From assembly GCA_963707635.1 (NCBI GenBank), contig OY970173.1, forward strand, positions 3,139,432 to 3,203,431: DNA of 64,000 nucleotides, read 5' to 3'. Under the pieces are notes generated by a model, which was not told the DNA's origin, did no database searches, and was given only the letters and a program-made list of their open reading frames with translations. Source of the DNA: Candidatus Latescibacterota bacterium. GTDB taxonomy: Bacteria > Krumholzibacteriota > Krumholzibacteriia > WVZY01 > JAKEHA01. How positions within the stretch are numbered: position 1 is the first letter of the stretch; every line of letters begins with the position of its first letter. Made by a program: the position numbers and the translations under genes. This document shows positions 52,393 through 64,000 of this stretch, piece by piece.

Positions 52393-53383
52393 ATGAACAG
52401 GCGCCTGTTCATCGAGCTCCTCGGTAGCTTGGCCACCATGCAGGCGGCCTGGCCGCGCGCCAGTCGTGCCCAGACGAGCAGCCTTCCGGTCCTCCGGCTT
52501 TCTCGGCTTCTCGTCGGCGGAGGGCGATCGACGGGTCCCAAGCCTTGCGCCAGGGGTTGCGCGACGTCGGCCTGCCGGAGGGGCAGAAGATCCTCATCGA
52601 AAGCCGCCACGCCGACGGCGATCTCAGCAAGGCGAGCGAGTTGATCGCCGATCTCATCGCGCGCAGGGTCGATGTGCTGATCGCGCCCGGACCAGCCGCC
52701 GCCAGGGTCGCGAGGCGAGCCACGATGATACCGATCGTGGCACTGCAATTGCCGCCGGCGTCGTCCGACCCCGAGCTCTACGCGAGCCTTGCCAGGCCCG
52801 GCGGCACCGTGACCGGCTTCTCCACGATGGTGAGGATCTTGAAGCGCATCGAGCTGTTGAAGAAGATGATCCCCGGCCTTGCCGTGATCGGCATCGGCGA
52901 CAACGGCACCGACCCGAACTTCCGCGAATGGGGCGTCTCGACCGAGGCCGACGCTCGCGCCCAGGGCCTCGCCGTCTCGCGGAAGCCGCTGAGTCCTCGA
53001 CGTCGATTGCGGAGCTTCACCGGCACTTTGCCGTGATGCGCGCGGAAGGCGCCACCGCCGCGCTCGTCGTCCGCGACTTCCTGACCACGGCGCTCAAGGC
53101 CGAGATCATCAGCGCCGCCGCCGATGCCAGGATCGCGGTCGTGGCGGAGCACCGCGACTTCGCCGATGCCGGAGCGCTGATGAGCTATGGTCCCGACGTG
53201 TTCGAGCTCTTTCGGCGCGCCGCCGGTTACGTCGACAAGATCCTGAAGGGCGAGAAGGCGGCCGACCTGCCGATCCAGCTGCCAACCAAGTTCGAGCTCG
53301 TCATCAATGGCCGTACCGCCAAGGCCCTGTCGCTCGATCTGCCGCCGGCGATCCTGCTGCGCGCCGACGAGGTGATCGAGAGC
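52393..53383 (+). CDS. ABC transporter substrate-binding protein (ABC_sub_bind family; frameshifted)
   Basis: MNRRLFI signal, SLARPGGTVTG, LMSYGP, YVDKILKGEK.ADLP.QLPTKFELVIN, LLRADEVIE. Confidence 0.85.
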
Positions 53384-53404
53384 AGCTGGCGGGCCTGCCG
53401 TCGC

Positions 53405-54159
53405 TCAGGCCCCGCGCGCGAGGCGGCCGGTCGCCAGCCCCTGCGCCCAGTCGGCCCGGCCGTTGTCGGCGGCGCGGCGTGCGGCGGCCATGTGGTCGTA
53501 GCCAAGCGCGACCAGATCGACATTGAACCCGCCACTGGGATCGGTTTCGATTATGGCGTAGCGCGCACTGCGGCGTGCCTGCTCGGAGACGTGCGCGGTG
53601 CCGCTGGCATCGTCGTAGGCCGGGCAACCGACGCTGCCGGGGGGTTCACCACCAGCGGACCGCCGTCGAGTTGCAGGATGCGCGGCTGGTGACTGTGCAC
53701 CCACAGGATGAGCCGCGCGGCGCCGGCGGCGGCGCCGAGGCGGGCCGCGACCTTGGCCGGGTGCGACGCGACGAGGCCGCCGCCCACGATATCGTCCAGG
53801 ATCGGTTGTCGTCGTCCGGCCGGCCGTGGCAGGCGATTGCCCCGGTGCGATCTCGACGAGGGCCGGCAGATTGCCCAGCCAGTCACGCTCGGCGGCACTG
53901 AGGCAGGCGTGGGCATAGGTGTCGGATGGCCCCATCTCGAAGGCGGGATCGAACGCCACCGCGCGATCGTGGTTGCCGCGCACCGTCGGCCAGTTGTGGC
54001 GCAGCAGGCTGCGGCGACGCTCCCGTGGCCACAGCGGCCCGGAAACGCAGTCACCGAGGTTGATCACCTGGTCGAACGTGCCGCGGCGGCAATATCTGCC
54101 ACGACCGCCTCGAGGGCGACCGCGTTGCCATGGATGTCGGCGAGCACCGCGATACGCAT
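53405..54159 (-). CDS. Metallophosphoesterase family protein (frameshifted)
   Basis: MRIAVLADIHGN, NLGDCVSGP, RGNHD, HSH, NP.GSVG.P, spread across frames. Confidence 0.8.
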
Positions 54160-54179
54160 GTCGTTTGCCGGGTTCCGGC

Positions 54180-55465
54180 CGTCCTCGATGCGCCCGCCAC
54201 CGCGCCGACGCCGTCCTTCTGGTAGAGGTCGCGGTGGAAGTCGACCATGCCGTCCTCGGTGGCCCAGGCGGTGATGTAGACGAAGTACAGCGGCATCGGC
54301 TTCTTGAGCGCGACGTTCTGCCGCTCGCCGGATTTCTTCATTCGGTCGATGCGCTCGGCCGGCAGCCGCCGTTGTCGATCAGCAGCCACTGCGCCAGGTG
54401 CTCGATGCCCTGCACCCGCACGCAGCCCGAGGAAGCGGCGCGGAAGTTGCGGCCGAACATCGTCTCCGACGGCGTGTCGGCTATAGACGGAATAGTTGTT
54501 GTGGAAGTTTATCTTGAGGAAGCCGAGCGGGTTCTCCCTGCCCGGCTGCTGCTTGAACGTCAGGCCCTTGGCGGCGCTGCTCGACCAGTTGATCTTCGCG
54601 GAATCGAGCTTCTTGCCGCTGGCGTCGTAGGCATCGATGCCGTACTTGACGAGCACGTCCTGGTTCTTGCGCTGCATGTCCTGTCCCTTGGGGACGAGGT
54701 CCTTGTCGATCACGGTCGGCGGCAGGTGCCACACCGGATTGAAATTCAACTCGTAGATCGCCGACCGCAACAGCGGGGTCGGCCGGTCGATCTTGCCGAC
54801 CACGCCGAGTGGCGCGACACCACGCGGTCGCCTTCGACCGCCTCGATTTGCGCCGAGGGAATGTTCACCACCACGTATTTCTTCGGCAGCGAGCGGCCGA
54901 ATTCCTGCAGCCGGGCGAGATTGGCGCGCAGCTGGCGCAGGCGGGCGGCGGCGGGCACGTTGAGTGCCGCGATCGTGCGCTTGTCGACGATGCCGGTCGG
55001 CGTTAGGCCGGTCGAGGCCTGGAAGCGCTTCACCGCCTTCTCGAGAGTCGGTAGCTGTCGCCGAAGCCCGACTGCTCCTTGAGGTCGCCCGACGCCAAGA
55101 GCCGCTGCTTAAGGACGCCGACCGCCGAATGGTTCATGCCGGGCTGCAGCACCATCTCGGCAGCGCCTCCCAGCCGCCGCGCTCGGCGATATCGGAATAG
55201 CGCTTGATGGCGGCTTTCATCGGCTCGATGTTGGGTCGCCGACAAGGTCGGATAGCCCTTCGGCGGATCGGCTTCCCACTCCTTGATGAACGAGCGATCG
55301 TAGTCGGTGTCGAGGCGCTCGTCGCTGCGCTGGCCGGGGAAGCGCATCCAGGACTGGGCCGGATCGTTGGCGAATGCGCGCGGCGGCGGCATGCATCGCA
55401 GCCGTCACGGCGACGGTCACCGCGAGGCGCATCGCCTGCTTCAGCGGGTCGTTGATCCGGATCAC
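54180..55465 (-). CDS. Murein L,D-transpeptidase with peptidoglycan-binding domain (frameshifted; ends approximate)
   Basis: KRFQ...GL..TG.VD, YVVVNIP, VGK.DRPTP, FNP.W, QQPG..NPLG, SSGCVRV, YITAW. Confidence 0.8.
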
Positions 55466-55794
55466 GTTTGGATGCTCCTGCGCGGTCGCCTGCTCTCGAA
55501 CTGCAGCCCCGTACGCCTGTATGAAGTTTGCCGGCTAGGTTAATGAAATCGAAGACTTGCGCCACATCGCTTCGATCACGCACGGTTGATGCCGTGCGCA
55601 ACAAGTTGCAATGCCGCCTCGAAACGGAAAATGCGGTATTCGCAGGCAATCGCAAGCACCAATGATCGGCAAGGAATGGTCCTGCCAGCGGTGATGCTGC
55701 AGCGCCACAACCATGCCAATGCATTGGCTCGCCAATGTCGGGCTCGGCGGCGACCGGAGCCCGAGATCGGGGACACCAAGCTTGAAAGTCGGGT

Positions 55795-56304
55795 GAGAGC
55801 TGGTAGCGGATCTGGTCGGTCCAGTAGCGCTCGATGCGCACCAGCGCCTTGTTGACCGTCTTGAGCTCGTCGCTGGACAACTGGGCGACGGCTTCGACTG
55901 AGCCGAGCTGGCGCTCATAGAGCTTCTGCACCACCCCGCAGGCTTCGAGGCCCTTGTCGGTCAGGCTGACGCGGACCGACCGGCGTATTGGCTCCCAGTG
56001 CTTGGTAGTGGATGTAGCCCATGTCGACGAGCTTCTTCAGATTGTACGACACGTTCGAGCCGAGGTAGTAGCCGCGGGTCTTGAGCTCGCCGGCGGTCAG
56101 CTCGGCATCGCCGATGTTGTACAGCAGCAGCGCCTGTACGCTGTTGAGATCGGCGCCGCCCAGGCGGTCGAAGTCGTTCTTGATGACGTCGAGCAGCAGC
56201 CGGTGCAGACGTTCGATCAGGCGCAACGCCTGCACAGACTGAGCCCGAAATGCCTCGTCCGAGACGGGCGCGCGATGACGCGCAGCATCCAACGCTAAAG
56301 CCAT
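55795..56304 (-). CDS. ldtR: MarR-family regulator, LdtR-like (frameshifted)
   Basis: ERLHR.LLDVIK, NSVQALLLYNIG, GEL..RGYYLGSNVSYNLKKL, W.DQIRY.L; lies upstream of an L,D-transpeptidase, as in Rhizobiales. Confidence 0.8.
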
Positions 56305-56498
56305 ATCCCTGCTCCTTTGGCCTAGCTCGTCCATCCACCTCGAATTGTTCCGAGTTTCCGGCTGTACCGGTTAAGACGAAAGCTACAGGTGTGAAATGAA
56401 AGTTGCGCTAATAGGCATAGTAAAAGAATAGTTCCGGCGGGGCGGCGCAAGATCTACTGAAGAATTCGAGATTGGACTGTGTCGACGGCGGCGGCCGG

Positions 56499-57626
56499 TC
56501 AGACCCGCGCTGCCTGCATCTCCTGCCGTGTCGGCAGCGACAGCCAGGTGTCCGGCGAGGTCTTGAACAGATCGTCGATCAGCGCGTCCGACAAATTCGG
56601 CAAGCGTGCGCGGACGCCAGCGCGGGTGGTGATCGCGGTCGACCAGGGCGGCGCGGACGCCTTCGCGGAAATCGTGCGCCGCGACCAGCCGGGCGGCAAG
56701 GCGGTAGTCGATCGTCAGGCGCTTGGGCGCAGGTCGAGCGCGCGCGAATCCGCGGTACGTGACGACAGCGCCACCTTGAGTGCCAGCGGCGAGCCCAGAT
56801 CGAGGTCGGCGAGCGCCGCCGCCGCCCAGGCGCCCTGCGTCCGAGCCGCCGGCAGCGCGTGCGCGGCGAGCCGAGCCAGCATTCCTCGACGGTGGCGGCG
56901 GAAAAGCAGTCGTCGATCCAGCCCTGCCATGCGGCCAGCTCGCCGGCGCCGGTGGCCGATGCAGCCCGTCGAGCAAGGGATCGATCGGGGTGTCGGCGAG
57001 GTGCTGCTCGATCTCCTCGAAGCGGTCGCGGTCGATGACAGTGCGTCACCAGCCCGAGGCGACTGGTCCGCCCGTTGCAGGCGGCGGCCGGTCAGCGCCA
57101 GGTACTTGCCCTGTTGCTCCCGGCAGGCGCGCCAGGGCATGGGCGACGCCGTCGTCCGGAACAGGCCGAGCCGTACCTCCGGGGCATCGCGAACCAGTAG
57201 CCCTCGGCCGCCACCCGGTGCGTATTGATGAGGGTGATGCCGGCGCCGGCACCGATGACGCCAGCGCGGTCGATCAGCGAGGTAACGGGCTTCGACAGGC
57301 ACTCCATCAGCCAGATGAGCCGGTACTCCTCGGCCGCCAGCGCCTTTCGCGGGCAGATTCTGCCGCCACCAGCCGGGCGAGCCTCGGCGCACGTCGCCGC
57401 CGGCGCGTAGTCGGCTCGACCGCATGACGATCGCGTAGGTATCGGCGTCGCGGTGATGCCCGGCATCCGCATCGGTGAGCGTCGCGGTGGCGGCAACATC
57501 GAGCGCGTTGCGGGCGGCGGGACGGTCGAACGTGATCACCCGGTAGCGCCCGGTTTCGTTGCCCGAGGTCGCCGTACATGTCGTACTCGCGCTGGCCGTT
57601 GTGGATTGGGCACCGTCCTTTGTCAT
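56499..57626 (-). CDS. Enoyl-CoA hydratase / 3-hydroxyisobutyryl-CoA hydrolase family (heavily frameshifted)
   Basis: ITFDRPAARNAL, AGGDVR, AMPE..GLF, YLALTG, SPLALKV, DFREGVRAALVD..PRW. Confidence 0.72.
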
Positions 57627-57722
57627 CGCTTTGCTATCATCCACAGGCTTTCCGGCGAAGTCCTCGACCGTTGCAAGCGCCCTTGATCGCACGGATCTTC
57701 TGCCGAACACCACGTAGCAAAT

Positions 57723-59095
57723 ATGGCGATGATTCGGTGCTTGTGATCTTGCTTGGCGGTCGTGTTCGGAGGTGTGGGTCAGCCACCTGTGCCGGAATCC
57801 CCGAGGAAAGCGTCGACGAGCTTTTCGTTGATCGGGACACCATCCAGGTCGGCGTTGCGCCGCACTAATCGCGACCACCAGCCTCGTGGCCTGGCGGAGC
57901 GCCGGGCCGGCGTCCGCGCAGGAAGCGGCTTCGGCCGGACGCAGTTTCGCACAGCCGGCATTCGGCAATTGACCTTCCCAAGAGTTCTGCCCGAGGCGCA
58001 GGTGGTGCGAGTCGCCGGCGAGCTTGCGGGCCTTCTGATCGCCCGCCGGAAGTTCGGGGGGAGCGCGCCGCCGCCCGCCGCCACCTCGCCGTCACCGGCC
58101 GCGAAAGTCGAGCCGTCATGGCCGAAGACCGTGCCGGAGGCCGCGCCACCACAGGTCGAGGTCTATTCCGAGGACCACCGCCGCCAAGGAGCATTGCACG
58201 GCAGTGCTGAAGGGGCTCGAGGTCATCGTCGAGGGTTCCCCGTTCAAGTCCGGCGTCTGCGGTGCCGCGCCGGTGCAACTCGTGAGCCTCGGGCAGGTCG
58301 CCGCAGGCGCCAGCCGTCACCGCCGGTGACGGTAACCTGCGACATGGTTGCCGCCATGCACAGTCGGGACGTCGAGGACGTCCAGCCGCTCGCCAAGAAA
58401 TTTCTCGGCGCGCAGGTGGTCGGCATCGAGAGGATCAGCTCCTATTCGGTCGTAACGCCGACCTGTCGGAAGAACAACAAGACTCAACCTCAGCGAGCAC
58501 TGGCCGGGCCACGCCCTCGACATCCAGCTTCGCCACGGCTGACGCCAAGGAGACCGCGGTGCTGGCCGATTGGGCGACCGACCGCTTGGGAAATCCGTGC
58601 AGGTCGCCGCAGCCGCGAAGGCCGCGGCCGAAGTCGCCGGCGAGAAGGCCGCAGCCGAGAAGGGGCTGCTGCGAAGGCGCTGGCGGCCGGACAGCAGGGC
58701 GGCAAGGCCGCGACGGCATCGGGCTCGAGCGCAACAGCCTGCGGCCTCTTCCACCGTCGGGGTCGATAATCTCGTCAGCAAGATCCCGGAGCATCGCCAA
58801 CCGGCTTCCCGGCGCCGCTCCGGCCGCCGAGGGCAACGCCGGGTTTGGCCTGATGCGGCCAAGCGACCCGGCGGTCCCAAGGCCGCCAAGGAGCCGCCGG
58901 TGCCGGCGACGGGACCAGTGGTGCCGCAGCAGGTGGACGCCGTTTCGCAAAGCCGCAGGGCCCAGTTCCTGCGCGCGGCGCACTCGCCGCCTGCAAGATC
59001 TTCGGCACCACGTCGGCTGGAGACCAATCCGGCGCACAAGCAACCATTTCCACGTCGACATGGCCGAGCGCAGCCGCGGCAACTATTGCGAGTGA
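57723..59095 (+). CDS. Extensin-like family protein (heavily frameshifted)
   Basis: CGAA, VTCDMV, VQPLA, SSYS, FLRAAH...CKIFG, NHFHVDMA.R...YCE. Confidence 0.65.
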
Positions 59096-59295
59096 GCGAT
59101 CGGGCGGCACCGGGGCTGCGACTTCACCGGGAGCTACGTCGCACCAGCGGGCGACATCTCGCGCAGCGCGGCGACGACCGAAATAATAGGAGGATAGCTG
59201 AACCAGGCGCCGGCCGCACGGATCGTCGCCCTACGTCCGCGCCCCCGCTCGAACCGCCGCCCCCGCCACGGGGAGCACGCTGCGCCTGCGACGAG

Positions 59296-59745
59296 TTAGC
59301 GCTTGCTGAACGTATTCGGCGCGGCCAGGAGGGGGTGGCGGGCCCGGGCGCCGTGATCGCGCCGCCTCCGGCTGTTGCGCCAATTCGTGCAAATCGTTTC
59401 GATAGCGCCGTCGAGATTGTCGAACACTTCCGTGTTCCAGACCCGCAGCACGCCAGAGCCTTGGGCTTCGAGCCATGCCGCGCGCCGTCGTGCTTGCTGC
59501 TCGGGCTGGAACGCTGGCCGCCGTCGATCTCGACAACGAAACGTCGTGGCAGGCAGACGAAATCGACGACGTACGGACCAAGCGGATGCTGGCGGCGAAA
59601 GCGATGGCGCGCCAGCTGCCGCTCGCCGAACTCGCGCCACAGCTTGCGCTCGCTGTCGGTCATATCCTTTCGAAGCTGCCGCGCGCGCTCGGTGGCCGTG
59701 GCCTGAAAGTAGCTCAGTGGGCGTTGCAGTGTCACCCCCTCGCAC
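59296..59745 (-). CDS. DUF559 (Vsr-like) endonuclease domain protein (frameshifted)
   Basis: ARQLRKDMTDSE, FRRQHPLGPYVVDF, VEIDGGQ, LRVWNTEV. Confidence 0.8.
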   Translation of the reverse strand: MRGGDTATPTELLSGHGHRARAAASKGYDRQRAQAVARVRRAAAGAPSLSPPASAWSVRRRFRLPATTFRCRDRRRPAFQPEQQARRRAAWLEAQGSGVLRVWNTEVFDNLDGAIETICTNWRNSRRRRDHGARARHPLLAAPNTFSKR

Positions 59746-59982
59746 CTAGTGCGGCGATTTCGAGTCCGCTTAATACTCGGCATACTCCAGTGCGGACTTC
59801 GAAATCATAAGCCACACTAGAAGCTTGGATTTGCGAGCGCCCTACTCGATCGCGAGTTGTCCGCATAGCCATGCGAATGAAGCGAACTTCGCGATCGGGA
59901 CACTAGGCGCGCCGAATATGAGTTAGGCCGCGTACGTGCCCGCAGCGCGGCTGGCGAACCGCGGCCTAACTCATGGCGCGCC
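59746..59982. repeat. Cluster of short palindromic MITE/RIME-like elements
   Basis: CTAG-bounded inverted repeat at 59746-59820; related right end GCGAACTTC...GGGACACTAG at 59882-59906; perfect 15-bp inverted repeat at 59918-59932 / 59960-59974. Confidence 0.6.
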
Positions 59983-60122
59983 GCTCTCCTCCTCGAGGGG
60001 GAGGCAGAGCAGCGCTTGTCGCCAGGTTCGGGATAATCGGCGGGCGGCTGGCCCCTCGCGCGAAGGGACGAGGGCGGGAGCAGCGCGCAGGCCTCGGTGG
60101 TTCCAGTCGAACCGGAAGGATC

Positions 60123-60908
60123 CTAGCAATTGCGACCTGGTGATCTCCTCGGCGTCGAACACGTGGCCCGACAGCGACCTGCCGCGCTTCGAGGCCAGGT
60201 GCAGCGCGAGGGCCGCGATGTCGGCCTCACCAGCCAGACCATCGACGGGCGCGCCGCCAACATCATCCAGCCTGGTCGCCGCAAGCATGCGGGCCGACGG
60301 CGTCTACGTGAATGCCTTTCGAGGCCCAGGTGCCAGCCTCGACGCGGGTCATCGCGGCGAGCGCCTGGCGCAGGAAGCCGTTGAACGCGGCCTGCGTCCG
60401 ATTGCGCGCGCGGGGCGCCAGCACGGCGTTGAGGATCAGCCCTTCGGTCCAGGTCAGGCTCATCCGATTGGCGGCGATGCGCGAGGTGGAGGTAGGCCTG
60501 CTGCAAAAGCTGTCGGAAGTCGCCGCCTCGATCTCCTCGATGGTCGCGGCCGGCTGCAGGTGCTCCGACCTCGGGACGACGACGTTGATCACCGCGTCGA
60601 GTTCGCCGTAGGCCTGGGCAGCACCCTGGGCGAAGCGGACGGCGGCATCGGCGGTGTCGAGCCCTTGCTCGCTGGCGCGGATCTCGCTCGCGGTATTGGC
60701 GAGAACCTGGTAGCGCGGTCGAGCGTGCTCTTGGCGTCAGCGCCGCCCTGCGCCGGCATCTGCAGCACCAGCCGGAGCCGGCCTTGGCGAAGCCGCGCGC
60801 GATGTCGAAACCGCTGTCGCTCAAAATGCCTGTGACCAGGAACAACGCCCCTTGCAACTCGGGGTACTGGCGAACATTACGAATACCGGCAACTACGCTC
60901 GTCAACAT
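60123..60908 (-). CDS. SDR family oxidoreductase-like protein (frameshifted)
   Basis: GGAGG-like RBS, 'LVTG...GFDIARGFA', LDAVIN, 'LALHLAS..G..LSGHVFD'. Confidence 0.55.
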   Translation of the reverse strand: MLTSVVAGIRNVRQYPELQGALFLVTGILSDSGFDIARGFAKAGSGWCCRCRRRAALTPRARSTALPGSRQYRERDPRQRARARHRRCRRPLRPGCCPGLRRTRRGDQRRRPEVGAPAAGRDHRGDRGGDFRQLLQQAYLHLAHRRQSDEPDLDRRADPQRRAGAPRAQSDAGRVQRLPAPGARRDDPRRGWHLGLERHSRRRRRPACLRRPGWMMLAARPSMVWLVRPTSRPSRCTWPRSAAGRCRATCSTPRRSPGRNC

Positions 60909-61069
60909 CAGTTTCCCTCCTAGGGCGGGACCCGGCCACTGGGCGCCCGACGACGAGCCCTCCGCTGCCGATTCGGCTAATGAGCATCCAACCGGCCTCC
61001 CATTTGGGTGCCGCCCCGGCCGCTGTTTGGCGCGATTGCGGCAACCCACAAATAGCACCAGCGAGCAAT

Positions 61070-62728
61070 TCAGCGACGCTTCTTGAGAGACGGCGCAGAT
61101 CGTGGATGCCTGCGCGCTGGGCGCGATCCTCGCCCTTGCCGAAAATCTGGTGCTTCTGGATCTTCTGCGTTCCCGTGGTCGGCAGCGCGTCGACGAACAG
61201 CACCCAGCCCGGCGCCTTGGCAGTAGGCGAGACGCTCGGCTGCCCAGTCGTGCAGATCGCGGGCGTAGGCGGCATCGGTGCTGGTGCCGGCGCGCGGCAC
61301 GACACAGGCGAGCACCTCGGCCTCGCGCACCTCGTCCGTGGTAGGCGACAACCGCGACCTGCTTCACCCAGGGCGCGCTCTCCTGCAGCACCGCCTCGAC
61401 CTCGGCGGCGGCGACGTTCTCGCCGAAGCGGCGGATGATGTTCTTCGAGTGGTCGACGAAATAGAGCATGCCGTCCGCGTCCTGGCGCACGGTGTTCGCC
61501 GGTGTGGAACCAGCCGCCGCGCCACGCTTCGGCGGTCGCCGCCTCGTTGTCGAGGTAGCCCGAGAGTAACCCATGGCGCGGTCCTTCGGTGCTGCCCCAG
61601 CGCACGATGAGCTCGCCGTCGCTGCCGCGCGGCAGCTCGCGATCCTGCGCGTCGACGACGCGGTCCAGGCCGCCGGCCGGCCGGCCGAATGCGCGGGTGT
61701 CGATCAGGCGCAGGCCCGGTGACCGCCGAGCTAGGACGCGTCCGGGTCCTGGTCATGCCCCAGATCTCGACCAGGGGAGTTCTCGAACTGCTCCTCGAAC
61801 GCGGCGTGGAGTTGCGGCTCGACCCCGGCGCCGAGACCGAAGCGCACCTGGTGGGCGCGGTCGGCGGATGGCGGCTGGCCGAGCAGCAGCGGCGGTACCA
61901 CTCCCAGATAGTGGATCACGGTCGCCCGCGTCTCCGGGATCTTGCCCCACCAGCGCGACGGGCTGAAGCGCTCGGGCAGGATCATGCAGTTGCCGGTCAG
62001 CATGACCATGGTGGCGGTCACCGCCTGCGCATTCATGTGGTAGAGCGGCAGCGGATTGTAGACCCGGTCGCGGCCTTCGGCGGGATCGCCGCCAGGCCGC
62101 CGAGATCACGATACCAGCGGCCGGCTTCCAGGTAGTAGCGGTTGGTCAGGACGAGGCCCTTGCTGCCCGGTGTGTCGTAGACGTATAGAGCAGACTGCAT
62201 TCGGCCTCGATGCCCGGCTGCCACTCGCTGGCGCGACCGGCGCGGAAAAGCTCGCCGGCAGATGATCCGCATCGACGACCGGCAGCGGCTTGCCACGCTC
62301 GCGGTGGCGCGCACCAGGTCGGCGACCCGCCCGCTCACCGCCACCGCCAGATCGGCCTTGCCGTGGCTCATCTGGTAGACGAGCTCGTCGTGCCGGTACT
62401 CGGGATTGACCGGGACGATGCCGCAGCCGAGCGCATTGAGCGCCAGGTAATGCTCGAGGAATACCGGCCGGTTCTCGAGTAGCAACGCGACCCGGTGACC
62501 GGCGGTGTAGCCGGCGCGCGCATAGCGCACGCTCAGCCTCTCGATCTGCTCGGCGACCTCGCCATAGGAGAGCTCGACGCCATCCGGCAGCCCACGTGCG
62601 GCCCGGGCGCGAGGGCACGCATAGGAACGGTGCGTGGCGTCCGCGCCGCGGTGGCGGCGAAGGCCTCGTGGACGGTCTGCGGCTCGATCGGCAAGCAAGC
62701 CTCCCTGTTGCGGTTGGCGCAGCATATA
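61070..62728 (-). CDS. AMP-binding acyl-CoA ligase (CaiC-like; heavily frameshifted; ends approximate)
   Basis: RVALLLEN, LPLYHMNA, YLGVVP, GYL, GWFHTG, NIIRR.GENVAAAEVE, LPTTGTQKIQK. Confidence 0.78.
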
Positions 62729-62747
62729 CCGGCACGGCCGGGCCGTC

Positions 62748-63960
62748 ATGGTCGGCGACGGCCGGCTGGAACCGCTTGCGCGGCGGCGCAATCGCTTTCA
62801 GGTATGGCGCCCGGGACGGTCAGAGGGAGAATAGCGCGCGGGGATGCCGACAGGTCGCGGCGCCACCGGTCATCGCGATGCGCGGGGCTGGCTACTACAG
62901 CGAGAACACGGTCGGAGCGAAGGCCGTCATCGATGCTGCCGGTGATCTGGTCATGCAGGTGCTCGCGGGCATGGACCTCGCCGCCAGCGGACCGTTCTCG
63001 GTCGCCGATTTCGGCTGCGCCGACGGCGGCACCTCGATCGACCTGATGCGGCGCATGACGAGATCGATCGAAGGCGGCGGCACGGCCGATCACGATCACC
63101 TGCACCGATCTGCCGCACAATGACTTCTCCGTTCTGTTCCGCTTCCTGCACGGCCATCTCGGCAACAGCCAGGATTCGCCGGGGCCCAGGACGGCGTGTT
63201 AACGTTCGCCAGCGGCACCAGCTTCTACCGGCAGATCCTGCTGCTGGGCACGCTCGCGTTGGCTTCTCGGCGACCGCGACGTACTGGCTGTCGCGGCTGC
63301 CGGGGGCGGCATTGCCGATGCGGGCGGGAGGCGGTCGGCGCGACGCCGGCCGAGCGCGCCGTGTTCCGCGCCCAGGCGATGGCCGACTGGGATACCAGCA
63401 TCCCGCTCGCCCGTGCCGCCCAGTCGCGGCCGGGCGGCAAGCTGGTGCTCGTCAACTTCTGCGAGGACGAGGTCGGCCGCTACCTCGGCGCCACCGGCGG
63501 CATCAACATGTTCGGCGAGTTCGCCCGCCGCACTGGCGCTGGCTGCGCGACACCGGGGCAATCAGCGATGACGAATACCGTGCCGCGACCTTCCCGCAGT
63601 TCTACAAGACGCCGGAGGAGTTCGCGGCACCGTTCCTCTCCGCCCATTCGCCGGTGAGCCTCGCCGGCCTCAGGCTCGATCACATCGACCGGCGCGCGTC
63701 ACCGGCTGCCCCATGCCGCCGACTTCAAGCGGCAGGGCGACGCGCGCGCGTTCGCCAAGGCCTACGTGCCGACGCTGCGCTCGTGGACCGAAGGCACGTT
63801 TGGGCGCCCTCGACAAGTCGCGCCGGCTGCTGACCGTCAGGACATCATCGATCGCTTCTATCGCGCCTACGAGGATGCGGTGGCTGCGGCGCCGGGAAGG
63901 TCACGCGATGGACTACGTGCACTGCTTCATGGCGATCTCGAAGGTGGTTTCCAGCGGCTG
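62748..63960 (+). CDS. SAM-dependent methyltransferase, SABATH/Methyltransf_7-like (frameshifted; ends approximate)
   Basis: MRGAGYYS.N, ADFGCADG, DLP.NDFS.LF, SFYRQI, SATA.YWLS..P, PGGKLVL. Confidence 0.7.
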
Positions 63961-64000
63961 GCGCCTCGGGATTTGGCGGCGGGCCGCATTTCGGCGTGGT

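Noticed and set aside
50052..64000. Genuine pseudogenised island
   Set aside because: Damage is indel-dominated and uniform across unrelated chromosomal-type genes, and no mobility genes are present. This fits an uncorrected read better than decay.

Overview
The window has two parts that probably come from different organisms. Bases 1 to ~50,051 are a coherent high-GC chromosomal segment with only scattered frameshifts. Its secreted proteins carry C-terminal FlgD-Ig/T9SS-like sorting domains, which suggests (inference) an FCB-related lineage such as Krumholzibacteriota, Latescibacterota or Eisenbacteria. It holds two repeat-rich surface proteins; a sufBCDSU-sufT operon extended by a bacilliredoxin and a conserved hypothetical gene; an ECF sigma/zf-HC2 pair; a polysaccharide cluster; an XRE-HTH/PTS-EIIA fusion; an apparently circularly permuted flavoprotein fused to a membrane polyferredoxin; ferritin; an isocitrate/isopropylmalate dehydrogenase; a 13-gene trp+shikimate super-cluster headed by a Trp-Trp leader-peptide attenuator; and an Rrf2-cytochrome c-nosZ (clade II)-nosB cluster. 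At ~50,052 nosB breaks abruptly into the middle of an acyl-CoA dehydrogenase. From there to the end almost every gene has several frameshifts and the content is Hyphomicrobiales-like (ldtR with an L,D-transpeptidase, extensin, DUF559 with MITE-like repeats, SABATH-like methyltransferase). This is most consistent with a chimeric, low-accuracy long-read tail. I saw no rRNA, tRNA, CRISPR array or transposase. All family assignments come from motif recognition, not database searches.
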